IMG/VR virus record: IMGVR_UViG_3300046791_000269 | Span: 2,954-66,953 of that record | Reading direction: 5' to 3' (one strand) | Origin: a virus | DNA length: 64,000 nt | Shown: in pieces, positions 27,381 to 37,027 of the stretch | How positions within the stretch are numbered: position 1 is the first letter of the stretch | How the letters are laid out: each line of letters starts with the position of its first letter | Notes under the pieces: model-generated | Told to the model about the DNA's origin: nothing | The model's database searches: none | The model's input: only the letters and a program-made list of their open reading frames with translations | Position numbers and translations under genes: made by a program

Positions 27381-28448
27381 CTAGGGTGCGAAGTTCAGCT
27401 TGACGAAGCGCCGCACGCCGCACGTGCGGGGATTCTTCACGCGAAGCTCGCAGTACGTCTTGGCCATGTAGGGCGTCGCGTCGCCGGTCTTCGCGAGCTT
27501 CACGACGGCCGCCATGAGCGGGATGTCGCCGAAGCCGTCGTTCGCCGTGAGCACGGTCTCCGGGTCGAACATGAGCTGCGGGAAAGCCGCCGCAAACTCG
27601 GGCGGAGGCAGGATCTGGAGGCTCACGAACTCGCTGTTGACGTAGTAGATGCGTCCCGAGCCGCTGCCCGACTCGAGCGTGGCGTCCTTGTCCTTGATGA
27701 ACACGCAGCCATCGACCTCGATGCCGCTGTAGCCGCCGGAAAGAACGATCTTCCCGCGCGCCGTCGTGAACTCCGTCACCGTCTGGATCAGGCGGCGCTG
27801 CGAGTCGAAGAGGTTACCGACCTCGTTGAACACGCTGTGATGACAAAGCGCGATGTCGGGCGCCATGCCCGACTGAACCGTGATCTCTTTCAGATCCTCG
27901 CGGATCTGGCCGAGCGACAGGTTCGTCGCAACGCCAGGGTTGACGAGATACGGTTTCCACGTGGCAACCGACCCGCGGGCGATCGTTGCGTACGTGTTGG
28001 TGTTGTCGCCGATGGCCTGGTCGAGACCCGTGACCTGCTTCGGGGAGGCCGCACCATCGCCGGAATAGACGTGGAGATTGACCTTGCTCACGAGCGCGGC
28101 GAGCGAGTTCGTCACCTGGCGCGCGATCTGGTTCAGATTGCCCTGGGGGGTGCGCGAGGTACGCGCGGCCGCCTGAGCTGGGCCAGTGACGGACGAGCTC
28201 TGCTCGTAGTAGGCCCAATTGAGAACGGCCGAGTCCTGGCCATCCGAAGTCGCGGCTGCGGGATTCGCGCCTTCGAGCATTGCTTGAGCGGTGGCGCCGT
28301 CCTTCTCGGCCACCCACGCGCAGTTTTTGCCCTCGTCCATGCGGATCGGGAGCACGCGCAGCGCGGAGCAGGTTCGGTTGACGGTGCGGACGACATCGCC
28401 CGCGTAATTCTGCGCGAGCACGGTAGTTGCGATACTTTGAACGGCCAT
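27381..28448 (-). CDS. Major capsid protein
   Basis: 355 aa, directly after the scaffold gene. Confidence 0.65.
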   Translation of the reverse strand: MAVQSIATTVLAQNYAGDVVRTVNRTCSALRVLPIRMDEGKNCAWVAEKDGATAQAMLEGANPAAATSDGQDSAVLNWAYYEQSSSVTGPAQAAARTSRTPQGNLNQIARQVTNSLAALVSKVNLHVYSGDGAASPKQVTGLDQAIGDNTNTYATIARGSVATWKPYLVNPGVATNLSLGQIREDLKEITVQSGMAPDIALCHHSVFNEVGNLFDSQRRLIQTVTEFTTARGKIVLSGGYSGIEVDGCVFIKDKDATLESGSGSGRIYYVNSEFVSLQILPPPEFAAAFPQLMFDPETVLTANDGFGDIPLMAAVVKLAKTGDATPYMAKTYCELRVKNPRTCGVRRFVKLNFAP

Positions 28449-28496
28449 CTTGTCTCTCTCTTGTTGTGTTTTTCTGGCCGCTCAGACGCGGCGTGA

Positions 28497-29360
28497 TCAG
28501 TCGATGAGCGAGGCCGGATCGATTCCGAGTGCCTCGAACTGCTGGAGTGTTCTGGTTGCGGGATCGCCGCTGAGCGGCTGTCCGCCGCCGCCACTTCCGG
28601 GGACACGCGGACCGGGTGGTCCGCCGCCGCCAGTGGGCTTGGGTGCTGCCCGAAAAAGCTTCATCCCTGGCTCTTCGAGAAGAACCGGGATCGCTTCCTC
28701 GAGCGCGATGTCCTCGTCTGCTTCCGGTGCGCCCTTGTACGGGGCGCGCTTCACGCGGAAGAGCGCGTTTCCCTGTTCGTCGACCTTCAGCCGCCCCTGA
28801 ACCAGGGTGAGATGATCGATCGCAATGTCGGTCATGCCGGGCGCGAGCTTGTCGGCGAGCCCCGAGCGGAGCTTCAGCTTCGCTGCGTCAAGCTTTCGAT
28901 TCGTCTCCGACTCGGCACGTAGGCGCGCCTCTTCCTTGCGCGCGGTCTCACTCGCCTCGAGCTTCGTAGCAAGTTCTTGGAGCTGCCGAGCTACAGCGTC
29001 GTCGCTGGCCGCCTTGCCGCCCTTTGCTTTGCCGCCGTCACCGCTGCCGCCGCCAGAACCGCTGTCGTCGGGCTTTGGGATGAGTTCGGTTACGACGGGG
29101 CCAATCAGGCCCTTCCAGTCGACGCCCTTGAGTTGCTCAGCAAGCGCAGGCTGGCGCTTGAGATGACTCGTGACGGCCGCGTTGACGGTCTGGCCAATGG
29201 CCGCGAGCTGCTCTTCCGAGAAGAGCGGCTTCGGCGGATCTCCACCGCCGCCATCGTCTCCAGCCTTGTCCAACAGGGGGAACGGTCGATTGAATAGGAG
29301 CATGCCAATCCTCTTCCGGCCGATGGCTGTGGCCGTTCGCCTTGTGGGGGCGTTACCCAT
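28497..29360 (-). CDS. Capsid scaffolding protein
   Basis: Gly-rich linkers plus a long charged coiled coil, located between the portal and capsid genes. Confidence 0.65.
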   Translation of the reverse strand: MGNAPTRRTATAIGRKRIGMLLFNRPFPLLDKAGDDGGGGDPPKPLFSEEQLAAIGQTVNAAVTSHLKRQPALAEQLKGVDWKGLIGPVVTELIPKPDDSGSGGGSGDGGKAKGGKAASDDAVARQLQELATKLEASETARKEEARLRAESETNRKLDAAKLKLRSGLADKLAPGMTDIAIDHLTLVQGRLKVDEQGNALFRVKRAPYKGAPEADEDIALEEAIPVLLEEPGMKLFRAAPKPTGGGGPPGPRVPGSGGGGQPLSGDPATRTLQQFEALGIDPASLID

Positions 29361-29419
29361 TCAGGTCGTTGGCGGGTGACCCGTAGTCCCGTGCACGCGA
29401 AAGCCGCGTGTTCTGTCTG

Positions 29420-30013
29420 TCAGCAGTCGAGGTAAACGGTGGTTGCTACAGTCGTGTCACCAGTGGCAGCAGCGGTCGCCGCGCCCTTGGTGACCACTCG
29501 AGTAGCTGCAAGCTCGTAGAAGGCGCGATTGGCAATCACCACCGGAATCACATCTGTAGGAGCGCCGGAGCCCTGGCCGTAGACGATGCTCAAGTCACCG
29601 TCGGCATGAAGCTCGATGCCCGAGAACGCGTCGCCCTGGGGTGCGCCAATGTCCTGCACACCGAATGAGAGCGCGCCGGCGGTGCTGACCTGGCCGGGCA
29701 CGTCGATGTTTGCAATCCCGTCGAAAATCAGCAGGCCGCTGAGCGTATCTCCGCCGTCAGCATTGGCCGGCGTGATGAGCTCGACCGCGGTTCTGCCGCC
29801 GCGCCGACCGGTGATCGTGAACGGATCAAGGGTGTAGGCGCCGGTGGAAAGCGAGCGCGTGATCGTCGTCGACCGTGGGAGGTCGAGGGTACTCATGATC
29901 AGGTCGCCGTCCGTGAACGCGCTGGTCGCCACGGCGGTCGCCGCGGAGGCCTTGATCGCGTCCGTCACGTCGAGCTGCGCCGCCGTGTAGGTCTTGGTTC
30001 GGAATGAACTCAA
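29420..30013 (-). CDS. Minor head protein candidate (197 aa)
   Basis: Position. Confidence 0.45.
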   Translation of the reverse strand: MSSFRTKTYTAAQLDVTDAIKASAATAVATSAFTDGDLIMSTLDLPRSTTITRSLSTGAYTLDPFTITGRRGGRTAVELITPANADGGDTLSGLLIFDGIANIDVPGQVSTAGALSFGVQDIGAPQGDAFSGIELHADGDLSIVYGQGSGAPTDVIPVVIANRAFYELAATRVVTKGAATAAATGDTTVATTVYLDC

Positions 30014-30576
30014 AGTCTTGCTCGCAAAATCTTTGCCCCGCGCCTGACGAGCTCGGGTTCAATTTGGTCCCAGACGGTGCGACAACCGACGGCCATCGCG
30101 CTCTGCCCGGGGACTCGCTCGGCCACTTGCGTGTCGAGCTGGATGAAAAGGTCGGCGGGAAGGCCCGTCGGGTTCCTGGCCAGCCATTTTCTCGTGGCTC
30201 GGGCCATGATGACGTTCTCGCAGACCATCGGGCCCGGCTCGTCGAGCCACTTCGCTGCGGCGACCGATCCCTGATCGGGACCGAGGCCGACATCCTTCAG
30301 CTCTTCGCCGTGATGGTACTTTCGACCGTCGACCGCGAGCTTTCGAGCCAAGTGCGACTTACCCGCTCGTGGGCCTCCTGAGATGACGATCCGCTCATGC
30401 TGCTGGTGGCTCAGCAGTCTTGCCAGGCCGTCCAGTGCCGTTCGGTGGGCCGCTCGTTGGGCTGGCGAAAAGCGCTGCGGCGGCTTCTCGCTCGAGCCTC
30501 GCGTCCTCTGCGGGATCCGTTGTGCCAACCTTGATCTCCTCGCGGATGATCGTCTTCGTGGTCTCGGGCAGGTCAC
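30010..30576 (-). CDS. P-loop NTPase / small kinase-like protein
   Basis: Walker A motif GGPRAGKSH. No ATG/GTG/TTG between the portal stop and the Walker A, so the start must overlap the portal 3' end. Start is uncertain. Confidence 0.45.
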   Translation of the reverse strand: MTCPRPRRRSSARRSRLAQRIPQRTRGSSEKPPQRFSPAQRAAHRTALDGLARLLSHQQHERIVISGGPRAGKSHLARKLAVDGRKYHHGEELKDVGLGPDQGSVAAAKWLDEPGPMVCENVIMARATRKWLARNPTGLPADLFIQLDTQVAERVPGQSAMAVGCRTVWDQIEPELVRRGAKILRARL

Positions 30577-31936
30577 GGAGTAGCGCCTCGGCGACTCGCG
30601 TGTTTGCCTCGATCGCGAAGGTCTTGCTCGGGATGGCCCCGACCTTGTCTTTCAACAGGGCGAGGTTCGCGAGGAAAGCGTCGATGTCGAGCGCCGCAAA
30701 GTCGTCCAGGCCCTCAACGGACCATTCGAACTCTTCACCGCGTGCCCGACTGATGGTGTCGAGCGTGTACTCGATCGTCTCTTTGACGATGCGGGAGAAC
30801 GCCACGAGAACCACCCGCGTGCTCTCCATGTCGCTCGCCTTCGAATCGGCTGAGCGGCCCACGGCGGCTGCGTTGTTCTCGACTCCGAGCGCCATCTGAT
30901 GGGCGACTCGGAAGATTTCGTCCTTCTCGGCCTTGATCTCAACGTCGAGGGCGGCGAAGTGCGCGCCATCGGGGGAGGACCATTGCGCCTTGTCATCCTT
31001 GTGTAGGATGACCTCGTAGCCAGGTCCGGAGATTTGCTTTTCGAACTCGTCGGGCTTGCCGACGAAGTACTCACGCAGCGCGTAGCACGTGGCCGCCATC
31101 GACCAGGCCTGCGCGTTCACCTTGCGGAAGTGCGCGAGTTGCGGGGAGCGAAGCCTGTTCGCTACCCAAAGCGCCGGCGGGAGGTCCAAGCAGACGAGCG
31201 GGACGCGGCCAAAGCCGTGAGTCACAGCGCCGAGGCTCGGAACTTCCTGCTTGGCGTCCGGCCTTTTGCTCTTGTCGTAGCTGATGCGGAAAGTCTCGAC
31301 AGCCTCGGCCGTCAGGAACTCCCACGTCTCGGTGATGGTTTCGCGAGAGCCTGAAACCCCGTTGCGCTTGGCCGTAGCCTTGTGGGTGATTGCCCACTCG
31401 AGCCGGCCGTCCTCGCCGGTGTCCCAGTCGAGAACGTTGCATGTCTCGAGGACATCAACCCAGCATTCGCCAAGTTTGCGATCCTCGAATTCGGCAGCGC
31501 TCGCGGGTGTCGGCGCCCCGTCGTTCGGCTGATTCACACGGAGCCAGCCCGTGCGCGCAACCATCGCGTTCGTGAGCAGCTGCTTGAACGCCGCGTCGAT
31601 GTCTGTCCCAGCCCGGTCGCAGTCCTCGCGGAATGCGTCCCAGTAGGGCCCGGTATTGACCGCCTCGTCCTTGCCGGCGAGCCGCGCCTTGAGCATGGGG
31701 CTCGAGACGAAGAGCATCGACGTGAAGTAGTCGATGATGGGCCCGAGGTAGTTCCGGTACTGCGCCTCTTTCAGCCGCGTTTCGTAACGCTGCTGACGTT
31801 CCCGCTCCCGCCTTGGGAGCAGCGTAGGGTAGAGCTTCTCGAGCTTTTCCCCACCCTCGTAGAGCGCCTCGAGCTCGCGCTGCCGCTGCTCGTTGTAGCT
31901 CGGGTGGCGTTGGTTGAGGTCGGCGTAGGTGGGCAC
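30395..31936 (-). CDS. Portal protein
   Basis: 513 aa, immediately downstream of the large terminase. Confidence 0.7.
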   Translation of the reverse strand: MPTYADLNQRHPSYNEQRQRELEALYEGGEKLEKLYPTLLPRRERERQQRYETRLKEAQYRNYLGPIIDYFTSMLFVSSPMLKARLAGKDEAVNTGPYWDAFREDCDRAGTDIDAAFKQLLTNAMVARTGWLRVNQPNDGAPTPASAAEFEDRKLGECWVDVLETCNVLDWDTGEDGRLEWAITHKATAKRNGVSGSRETITETWEFLTAEAVETFRISYDKSKRPDAKQEVPSLGAVTHGFGRVPLVCLDLPPALWVANRLRSPQLAHFRKVNAQAWSMAATCYALREYFVGKPDEFEKQISGPGYEVILHKDDKAQWSSPDGAHFAALDVEIKAEKDEIFRVAHQMALGVENNAAAVGRSADSKASDMESTRVVLVAFSRIVKETIEYTLDTISRARGEEFEWSVEGLDDFAALDIDAFLANLALLKDKVGAIPSKTFAIEANTRVAEALLRDLPETTKTIIREEIKVGTTDPAEDARLEREAAAALFASPTSGPPNGTGRPGKTAEPPAA

Positions 31937-31937
31937 T

Positions 31938-33461
31938 TCAGCTCTGGAGTCGCCCGTACTTGAAGACCGGGATCTGCCTTACGGACCAGCCGATCGCCTC
32001 AGCTAGAACGAGGTCGTCGTTCTCGCCTGGCGCCGCCTCGGGCTTGCCATTCGAATTGGTGACGAACGTCCGGAACTGCCCGAGGACCGCACGGTCAGGC
32101 GATGACCAGTGTCCGTTCCGGTGCGCGTCGTCGAGCGCGTCCAGCATGATCGGGCGCGTCACGGGATTCGTGGGCCACCCGTTCTTCTTGTCCGCGTGCT
32201 CGTAAATCTGTTTGTACTTCTCTTCACGCTCGAGGGCTTGAAGGGTCGCGTGGCCGTGGTTGTTCCGCTCCACAGCGATCAGCGCATCGTTGTACTCGTG
32301 CCCCAACTTGGCGCCGGCGCGGGCGAGCTCCCACGGCGGGTACTGGCCGTCGATGGTGGCGCAGTGCTCCCCAGTGACGCGCTCCCGAAGGATGCCGCCG
32401 CTCGGGTCACCGCCGCCGCCCTCTGCACAGTCGAGGGCCAGGAGGTAGGCCTTGCTGGGCTCGGGGCGCCTGAAAATGCGGACGCGGTCGTGGTCTCGGC
32501 GCTCAAGCGGCTGAGTCGCCAGCTTGAACAGTTTCGTCGTGACCGATTGGTCAAAGAACCCGCGTCCAGAGACGAGAAAGCACGTCTCGGCGTCGCTCGG
32601 ATATTCCTGGTCCGTCTTCTCCTGGCCACCCTTGTCGGCGACCTTGGCGCGATACCATTTGAGCTGTTCTTGCGTGACACCGGCCTTGGCCAGCGCATCT
32701 TCACGCTCAGTCGTCGGCTCGATCTTCTCGTCCGGCTCGAGCGGCGTTTGGTACTCAGTCGCCGCGAACCAGGGGAAAAAGTGGAGCTTGTAGGCGCCCG
32801 CTCCCGATGCGGCCGATTGGCATCGGCGGTAGAACGCCCCGGATGCCCCGTTCGGTGTGGACTCGTCGACGATCTCGGAACCGTGCTCGACGCCCGGCAC
32901 GCACTCGAGAAGCGCGTTGAGCGTCTCGTCGGCATACTCGTAGAACGCCGTTTCGGTGAGGTGTAGCCGCGAGACCGTTCCCGCGCGCCCCTTCTTCACC
33001 GCCGCGGCCTCTGATGCGCCAGCCTCTACGATTCGGAGCGATGCGTCCCGGTCCGCCAACGACCACTCACCGGCCGTCCGGGTGTGGAAGTTCAGTTTGA
33101 GGCCTGCCCGTTCGAGTGATTCGAACATCACCCGGTAGTTCTTGCTGAGGAGCTTGAACGGGTCGTGGTCGGTGAGGGACTGGCAGGTGGCCACGACGCG
33201 AGCGCCGGGCACCGTGAGGAAATGGTAAACGTCGCGCGCCTGCTCAAGCGTCGTGAAGCCAACCTGGCGGGGCTTCAGAACAACGTCGCGCTGCGTACGT
33301 TCGCGGCAGTAACGCCGCTGGATGCCGTTGAGGACGAGCTTCTGACGCCCACCGCTCTTCGGTACGATGTCGAGGATCCCGGCGAACCGCTCGAACTTGG
33401 AGAACGCCCAAGCTAGGAATTCGGCTCGGGCTTTTCGGTCGTCTCCGGCTCCGTCGGGCAT
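31938..33461 (-). CDS. Terminase large subunit
   Basis: 507 aa with an ATPase N-terminus and a nuclease C-terminus. Confidence 0.8.
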   Translation of the reverse strand: MPDGAGDDRKARAEFLAWAFSKFERFAGILDIVPKSGGRQKLVLNGIQRRYCRERTQRDVVLKPRQVGFTTLEQARDVYHFLTVPGARVVATCQSLTDHDPFKLLSKNYRVMFESLERAGLKLNFHTRTAGEWSLADRDASLRIVEAGASEAAAVKKGRAGTVSRLHLTETAFYEYADETLNALLECVPGVEHGSEIVDESTPNGASGAFYRRCQSAASGAGAYKLHFFPWFAATEYQTPLEPDEKIEPTTEREDALAKAGVTQEQLKWYRAKVADKGGQEKTDQEYPSDAETCFLVSGRGFFDQSVTTKLFKLATQPLERRDHDRVRIFRRPEPSKAYLLALDCAEGGGGDPSGGILRERVTGEHCATIDGQYPPWELARAGAKLGHEYNDALIAVERNNHGHATLQALEREEKYKQIYEHADKKNGWPTNPVTRPIMLDALDDAHRNGHWSSPDRAVLGQFRTFVTNSNGKPEAAPGENDDLVLAEAIGWSVRQIPVFKYGRLQS

Positions 33462-33880
33462 TCGTTCGACTCGGCGGACTTCTTCAGCGCGTCGAGCTCA
33501 TCGAGGGCCACGGCTGCAACGCGGAGGTCTTGTTTGGTTGGTGCTTTCGCCCCGCTCACGTCGGCCCAGAGGTCGCCCATGAGCTTTGCGGCTTTCGCGT
33601 CCCCCAGCGCCACGGCTTCACGGAAGAGCTTTCGGGCACCAACGCTGATGTCCCGCTCGGCCTCGTCCTTGTCGGCTGTGATGCGGCGGTGAGCCTCGGA
33701 TGAGGCCTTCTCGACCACACCGAGTGTCACGCCCCATTCAGCGGCGAGCTTAGGACCGGACTTGCCACGAACCCACTCAAACCGCTCCATCATCCCGGCG
33801 ATGTGGTCGACGCGCTCAGCGACCGTAAGGATCGCGCGCGCGCGGGTGGGACTATCCGGTTTGTCGGCCGGCTCGGCCAT
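33413..33880 (-). CDS. Terminase small subunit candidate
   Basis: 155 aa, helical, just upstream of the large terminase. Confidence 0.5.
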   Translation of the reverse strand: MAEPADKPDSPTRARAILTVAERVDHIAGMMERFEWVRGKSGPKLAAEWGVTLGVVEKASSEAHRRITADKDEAERDISVGARKLFREAVALGDAKAAKLMGDLWADVSGAKAPTKQDLRVAAVALDELDALKKSAESNECPTEPETTEKPEPNS

Positions 33881-33889
33881 TTGCTCTGC

Positions 33890-34009
33890 TCAATCGTCTC
33901 GGCGCATCAACGAGCGCCATGCCTGTCGTGCGAGCAGTGCCGGGAGCACACACCAGAACACAACCGTTTCGATCACGTCGCCGGCCTGCTCGCTCAGGTC
34001 TTTCGTCAT
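33890..34009 (-). CDS. Small membrane peptide (39 aa)
   Basis: MTKDLSEQAGDVIETVVFWCVLPALLA. Confidence 0.3.
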   Translation of the reverse strand: MTKDLSEQAGDVIETVVFWCVLPALLARQAWRSLMRRDD

Positions 34010-34013
34010 TCGT

Positions 34014-34241
34014 TCACTTCTCGATGAGTTGCCGGAGCTTGAACTGCTCCCAGGTGAGCATCGCCATCGCGAGCGGCATCGAGCCTGCCCAGCCGTGCTG
34101 GACCTCGTCGCCACGACGGTTGCCGAGGAGTACGCAGCCGATCAGCTCACCTTTGCGGGCATCGTCGAGCCACGTTTCCAGGCACCGCACAAGGTCGGTG
34201 TCTATCTCGGGCCGGATACTGCGAACCTTTGCCGGTTCACT
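34014..34241 (-). CDS. Hypothetical protein (75 aa)
   Basis: Internal ATG of track ORF 34014-34292. Confidence 0.4.
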   Translation of the reverse strand, partial: SEPAKVRSIRPEIDTDLVRCLETWLDDARKGELIGCVLLGNRRGDEVQHGWAGSMPLAMAMLTWEQFKLRQLIEK

Positions 34242-34434
34242 CATTCGCCAGCAACTCCACCGGCAACTCTTCCGCCGTCTCGACCGCCTCAACCTTCACG
34301 ACTCGCCTGCGTGCCGGCCTGACGTTCGCCCCGTAGCTTGGGGGAGCATGGTCGACTGAGGGCTTGGTGTGATCGGCTGCCCGTTTCCAGGCTGCGAGGT
34401 GTCTCGGCTCGAGGGTCGGCATCAGGTGCGCCAC
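34237..34434 (-). CDS. Hypothetical protein (65 aa)
   Basis: Track ORF. Confidence 0.3.
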   Translation of the reverse strand: MAHLMPTLEPRHLAAWKRAADHTKPSVDHAPPSYGANVRPARRRVVKVEAVETAEELPVELLANE

Positions 34435-34607
34435 TCTTCCCAGCCGCTCGGGGGCTGGTCACCGATGCGAATCTCGGTTCCGCGTGGGCCGAACAGGTCG
34501 ACCTTTGGGAACACGGGCCAGGCCTTGCGCCTCGCCCTTTCGTCTTCGGCGATCTCGATGAGCCTGTCCAGCAGGGTCTCGAGCTTAGTGGCGAGCCGCT
34601 TGATCAT
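34422..34607 (-). CDS. Hypothetical protein (61 aa)
   Basis: ATGA coupling. Confidence 0.4.
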   Translation of the reverse strand: MIKRLATKLETLLDRLIEIAEDERARRKAWPVFPKVDLFGPRGTEIRIGDQPPSGWEEWRT

Positions 34608-34711
34608 GCTCTCCCGAACTTCCGCGCCATCTCCGCGATCTCGACAACGATCCCAACGGACATGACCGTCGCGATTGCCACGAGCGAGAGGAAACCGAGG
34701 GTCTTGACGAT
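34604..34711 (-). CDS. Small membrane peptide (35 aa)
   Basis: MIVKTLGFLSLVAIATVMSVGIVV. Not in the ORF track. Confidence 0.3.
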   Translation of the reverse strand: MVKTLGFLSLVAIATVMSVGIVVEIAEMARKFGRA

Positions 34712-34911
34712 CATGCCTTTAGCCGTTGAGCGTCTCGGAAGATTTGTTCGATCGCGCCCTTGCCTGGCCACGCCGGTCGGACTTGGCTTACCGGCTCGGT
34801 CTCTTCGACCGCGTCGGCTAGCTCCAGTCGTCGCTGGCCTTGAGTTTGGCGGATGACCTCGGGGGGTCGTTTCGGCGGGATCGCTCGGCGCTTAGGCCGC
34901 GGGTTCGTCAT
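34711..34911 (-). CDS. Hypothetical protein (66 aa)
   Basis: Track ORF. Confidence 0.35.
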   Translation of the reverse strand: MTNPRPKRRAIPPKRPPEVIRQTQGQRRLELADAVEETEPVSQVRPAWPGKGAIEQIFRDAQRLKA

Positions 34912-34956
34912 GTCGACGGGATCGTTTGGGGCGGCCAGACGGATTGACCGTTCTGG

Positions 34957-35405
34957 TCACCGCGCGCACGCCCTCACCCTTCCCGAATTTGATGTCTCTT
35001 TTGAGTCACTTTCGTTACCTTCGAGGGTTGCTACGTCGGATAGGTACTGGGCTGTAAGCCTGCGCCAGCTTTCAAGATTCCTGAGTCTTGATCCGTGGTC
35101 GTTCACTTGCCGGTGTAGGTGTCGTGTTTTGGAGCTGAGGTCGGCTACGTTCTTCTCGAGGTCGGACAGCACGCGCTCCTCGGGCAAGCGGATGCGGTCG
35201 AGCGCGTTCGCATTCACATAGATGCGTCCGCGCCACCGCTTGTGGAACTTCTCGCCGTGGAACTCCTCAGCCGCACGTAGGGCCCTGTAGGCGTACTGTC
35301 GCCGCGTTCGCCGGCTGCTGTTCTTGAGCTTCTCGTCCGTGCCGGCGAGCCGACGCCCGAGATCGCTCAGCTGGATCCAGCGGTCGTTACGCGGCTCATT
35401 CACTG
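34957..35405 (-). CDS. Hypothetical protein (about 149 aa)
   Basis: C-terminal part of track ORF 34957-35862 is protein-like. GTG start overlaps the upstream stop (GTGA). Confidence 0.4.
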
Positions 35406-36158
35406 CTCCGCCTTCGCCGGGTCGTACTCCGGCAAGAGCGCCCGCCGCTCGCCCACACGACGCGGCTTCTTCGCCTCGTCCTTGGCCGTCCGCCATGCCG
35501 CGTGGTCGCCCTTGGCGGCATCCTCCGCGAGCTTCAGTGCCGCGCCGATGACTCGCCCGCTCTTGCCCTTGTTCGGGTCCTGGCAGGCAACCAGGAGCTT
35601 GGCCGGGTCGTCGCACAGGTGGAACGCAAGGGCCGCAGCACGACCAAGCCTGGCCTCTGTGCCCTTGCGCGCATGAAACCCGGTCGGCTTCTGCGGCTCG
35701 ACAGCGCCGTACTTGGTGATCGCCTCGACGCTCGGGCAAGCGTCCTTGGCCTTGGCGCCGAAACCTTCGTCGCTCCGGAACTGCGCCGGCGGGGCCTTGT
35801 ACCAAAGATCCAACCGGAACCTCACCGGCTTGGGCAGCGTCGACCACGCCGCCGAAAGCCACCGGTGCCGCTCCACCGAGCCGATCACCGTGTTGCCCCA
35901 GCCGATCTGCTGGTCGTCGTACAAGTCGGTGTTTGGCACACCCGTGAACGGTCCGCCGTGCTCGAGCTGGGCGATCGTTCCGCCCAGGGTGCCGCGCTCT
36001 CCCATTTCCGCGTCGCCCATCACGAGCAGGAACTCGAGGTCAGGGTCGAACGCCTCTTCGCTGCGTTGTCGTGGTCTCTTGGATTCTGTCGCCACCGGGA
36101 TCAACCCGGTAGCGCTGTCACCGTCTGCCATGGTAGGTTTCTCCTTGAACGCCGCCAA
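35400..36158 (-). CDS. Hypothetical protein (252 aa)
   Basis: Good composition. Confidence 0.5.
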   Translation of the reverse strand: MAAFKEKPTMADGDSATGLIPVATESKRPRQRSEEAFDPDLEFLLVMGDAEMGERGTLGGTIAQLEHGGPFTGVPNTDLYDDQQIGWGNTVIGSVERHRWLSAAWSTLPKPVRFRLDLWYKAPPAQFRSDEGFGAKAKDACPSVEAITKYGAVEPQKPTGFHARKGTEARLGRAAALAFHLCDDPAKLLVACQDPNKGKSGRVIGAALKLAEDAAKGDHAAWRTAKDEAKKPRRVGERRALLPEYDPAKAEQ

Positions 36159-36210
36159 GCAGTTCTCGGAGCGCCTCGGTCACGAGCCGGGGCGTTTCGT
36201 CGTTTCAGGT

Positions 36211-36576
36211 CTACCAGTGGTCGGCCCGCTTCCACCGGGACTCACTGAAGCTATTCGTGAAGTCAATCAGACTGGGTAATTCGCCTGTTCGTTTTACGAA
36301 GTGCCGCTCGGCTACGCTGTGCGGGACCGTGGCAAACAGCGGCACGCCTCTCACATCAGATGCGTTGAAACTGAGCGGGCCGTCGCCGAACACGCCGAAC
36401 GGCATCCCGCTCCACCCCATCAGCGGCAACCCGTCCATCAACACGGGATACCAGCGCCCGGACCTCCACCCGCCAACAAACGAGTAAGCCCTCACGACCG
36501 GCTCCGGAACGAAAATCCCCGCCGCCGTGGCGGTCAGGGCTTGGAGGAGCTGGCGGCGGTTCACGGCAACTCCCAC
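36211..36576 (-). CDS. Small Tat-signal (twin-arginine) secreted protein
   Basis: N-terminus MGVAVNRRQLLQALTATAAGIFV. Confidence 0.5.
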   Translation of the reverse strand: MGVAVNRRQLLQALTATAAGIFVPEPVVRAYSFVGGWRSGRWYPVLMDGLPLMGWSGMPFGVFGDGPLSFNASDVRGVPLFATVPHSVAERHFVKRTGELPSLIDFTNSFSESRWKRADHW

Positions 36577-36806
36577 TCTCTGACGACATCGACCGGCACC
36601 GGCTGCACGACGCGGCCCTTGATGATGAACGCGCCCTCGGTCTCGTTCAGGTTTTCACCGGGACAGCTCGCGAGCCATTTCGGCGCGCTCTCTCCCTCGC
36701 CCCAGTAGCCGCTGGCGAGTTTGTGGCGCAGGTCGGTGGCTGTGTGCTCCGTGACGTACACGTCGCCATCCTCGGTGCCCCTGATCACGTAGAACATCTC
36801 GGTCAT
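36561..36806 (-). CDS. Hypothetical protein (81 aa)
   Basis: Start lies inside the 33-bp repeat copy 1. Confidence 0.45.
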   Translation of the reverse strand: MTEMFYVIRGTEDGDVYVTEHTATDLRHKLASGYWGEGESAPKWLASCPGENLNETEGAFIIKGRVVQPVPVDVVREWELP

Positions 36807-36835
36807 TCCGTTCCTTTCGGTTCGTGCAAAACGCA
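36803..36835 (-). repeat. 33-bp direct repeat copy 1 (TCATTCCGTTCCTTTCGGTTCGTGCAAAACGCA)
   Basis: Matches 40428-40460 with 1 mismatch. Confidence 0.9.
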
Positions 36836-37027
36836 GCCGAAGTCGGGCGGGGTCAGAAAGTCCACGTCGGCTCGTCCGTATCCGCCGTCGAATGGCGCCT
36901 CAAGCCGAGGCAGTGCGTCGCCGTCGACGGGAATGCGCACGCAATGCCCGGCACCGTCCTTGCGGGTCTCGCGGCGCCGCCAGAACTTGCAGCTCCCGCA
37001 CCTCGGCTCCGGCCCGGAGATCATCAA
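36803..37027 (-). CDS. Small Cys-containing protein (74 aa). Its C-terminal 10 aa (CVLHEPKGTE) are encoded by the repeat
   Basis: Cys pairs CGSC..C; ATGA coupling. Confidence 0.4.
   Translation of the reverse strand: MMISGPEPRCGSCKFWRRRETRKDGAGHCVRIPVDGDALPRLEAPFDGGYGRADVDFLTPPDFGCVLHEPKGTE

Noticed and set aside
30395-30440. GRPGKT Walker-A-like string at the portal C-terminus
   Set aside because: It is isolated with no downstream Walker B, and is probably coincidental
34957-35862. 301-aa track ORF
   Set aside because: Its N-terminal two-thirds overlap gene 35400-36158 and are low-complexity. Only the 3' 149 codons are retained, with a GTG start
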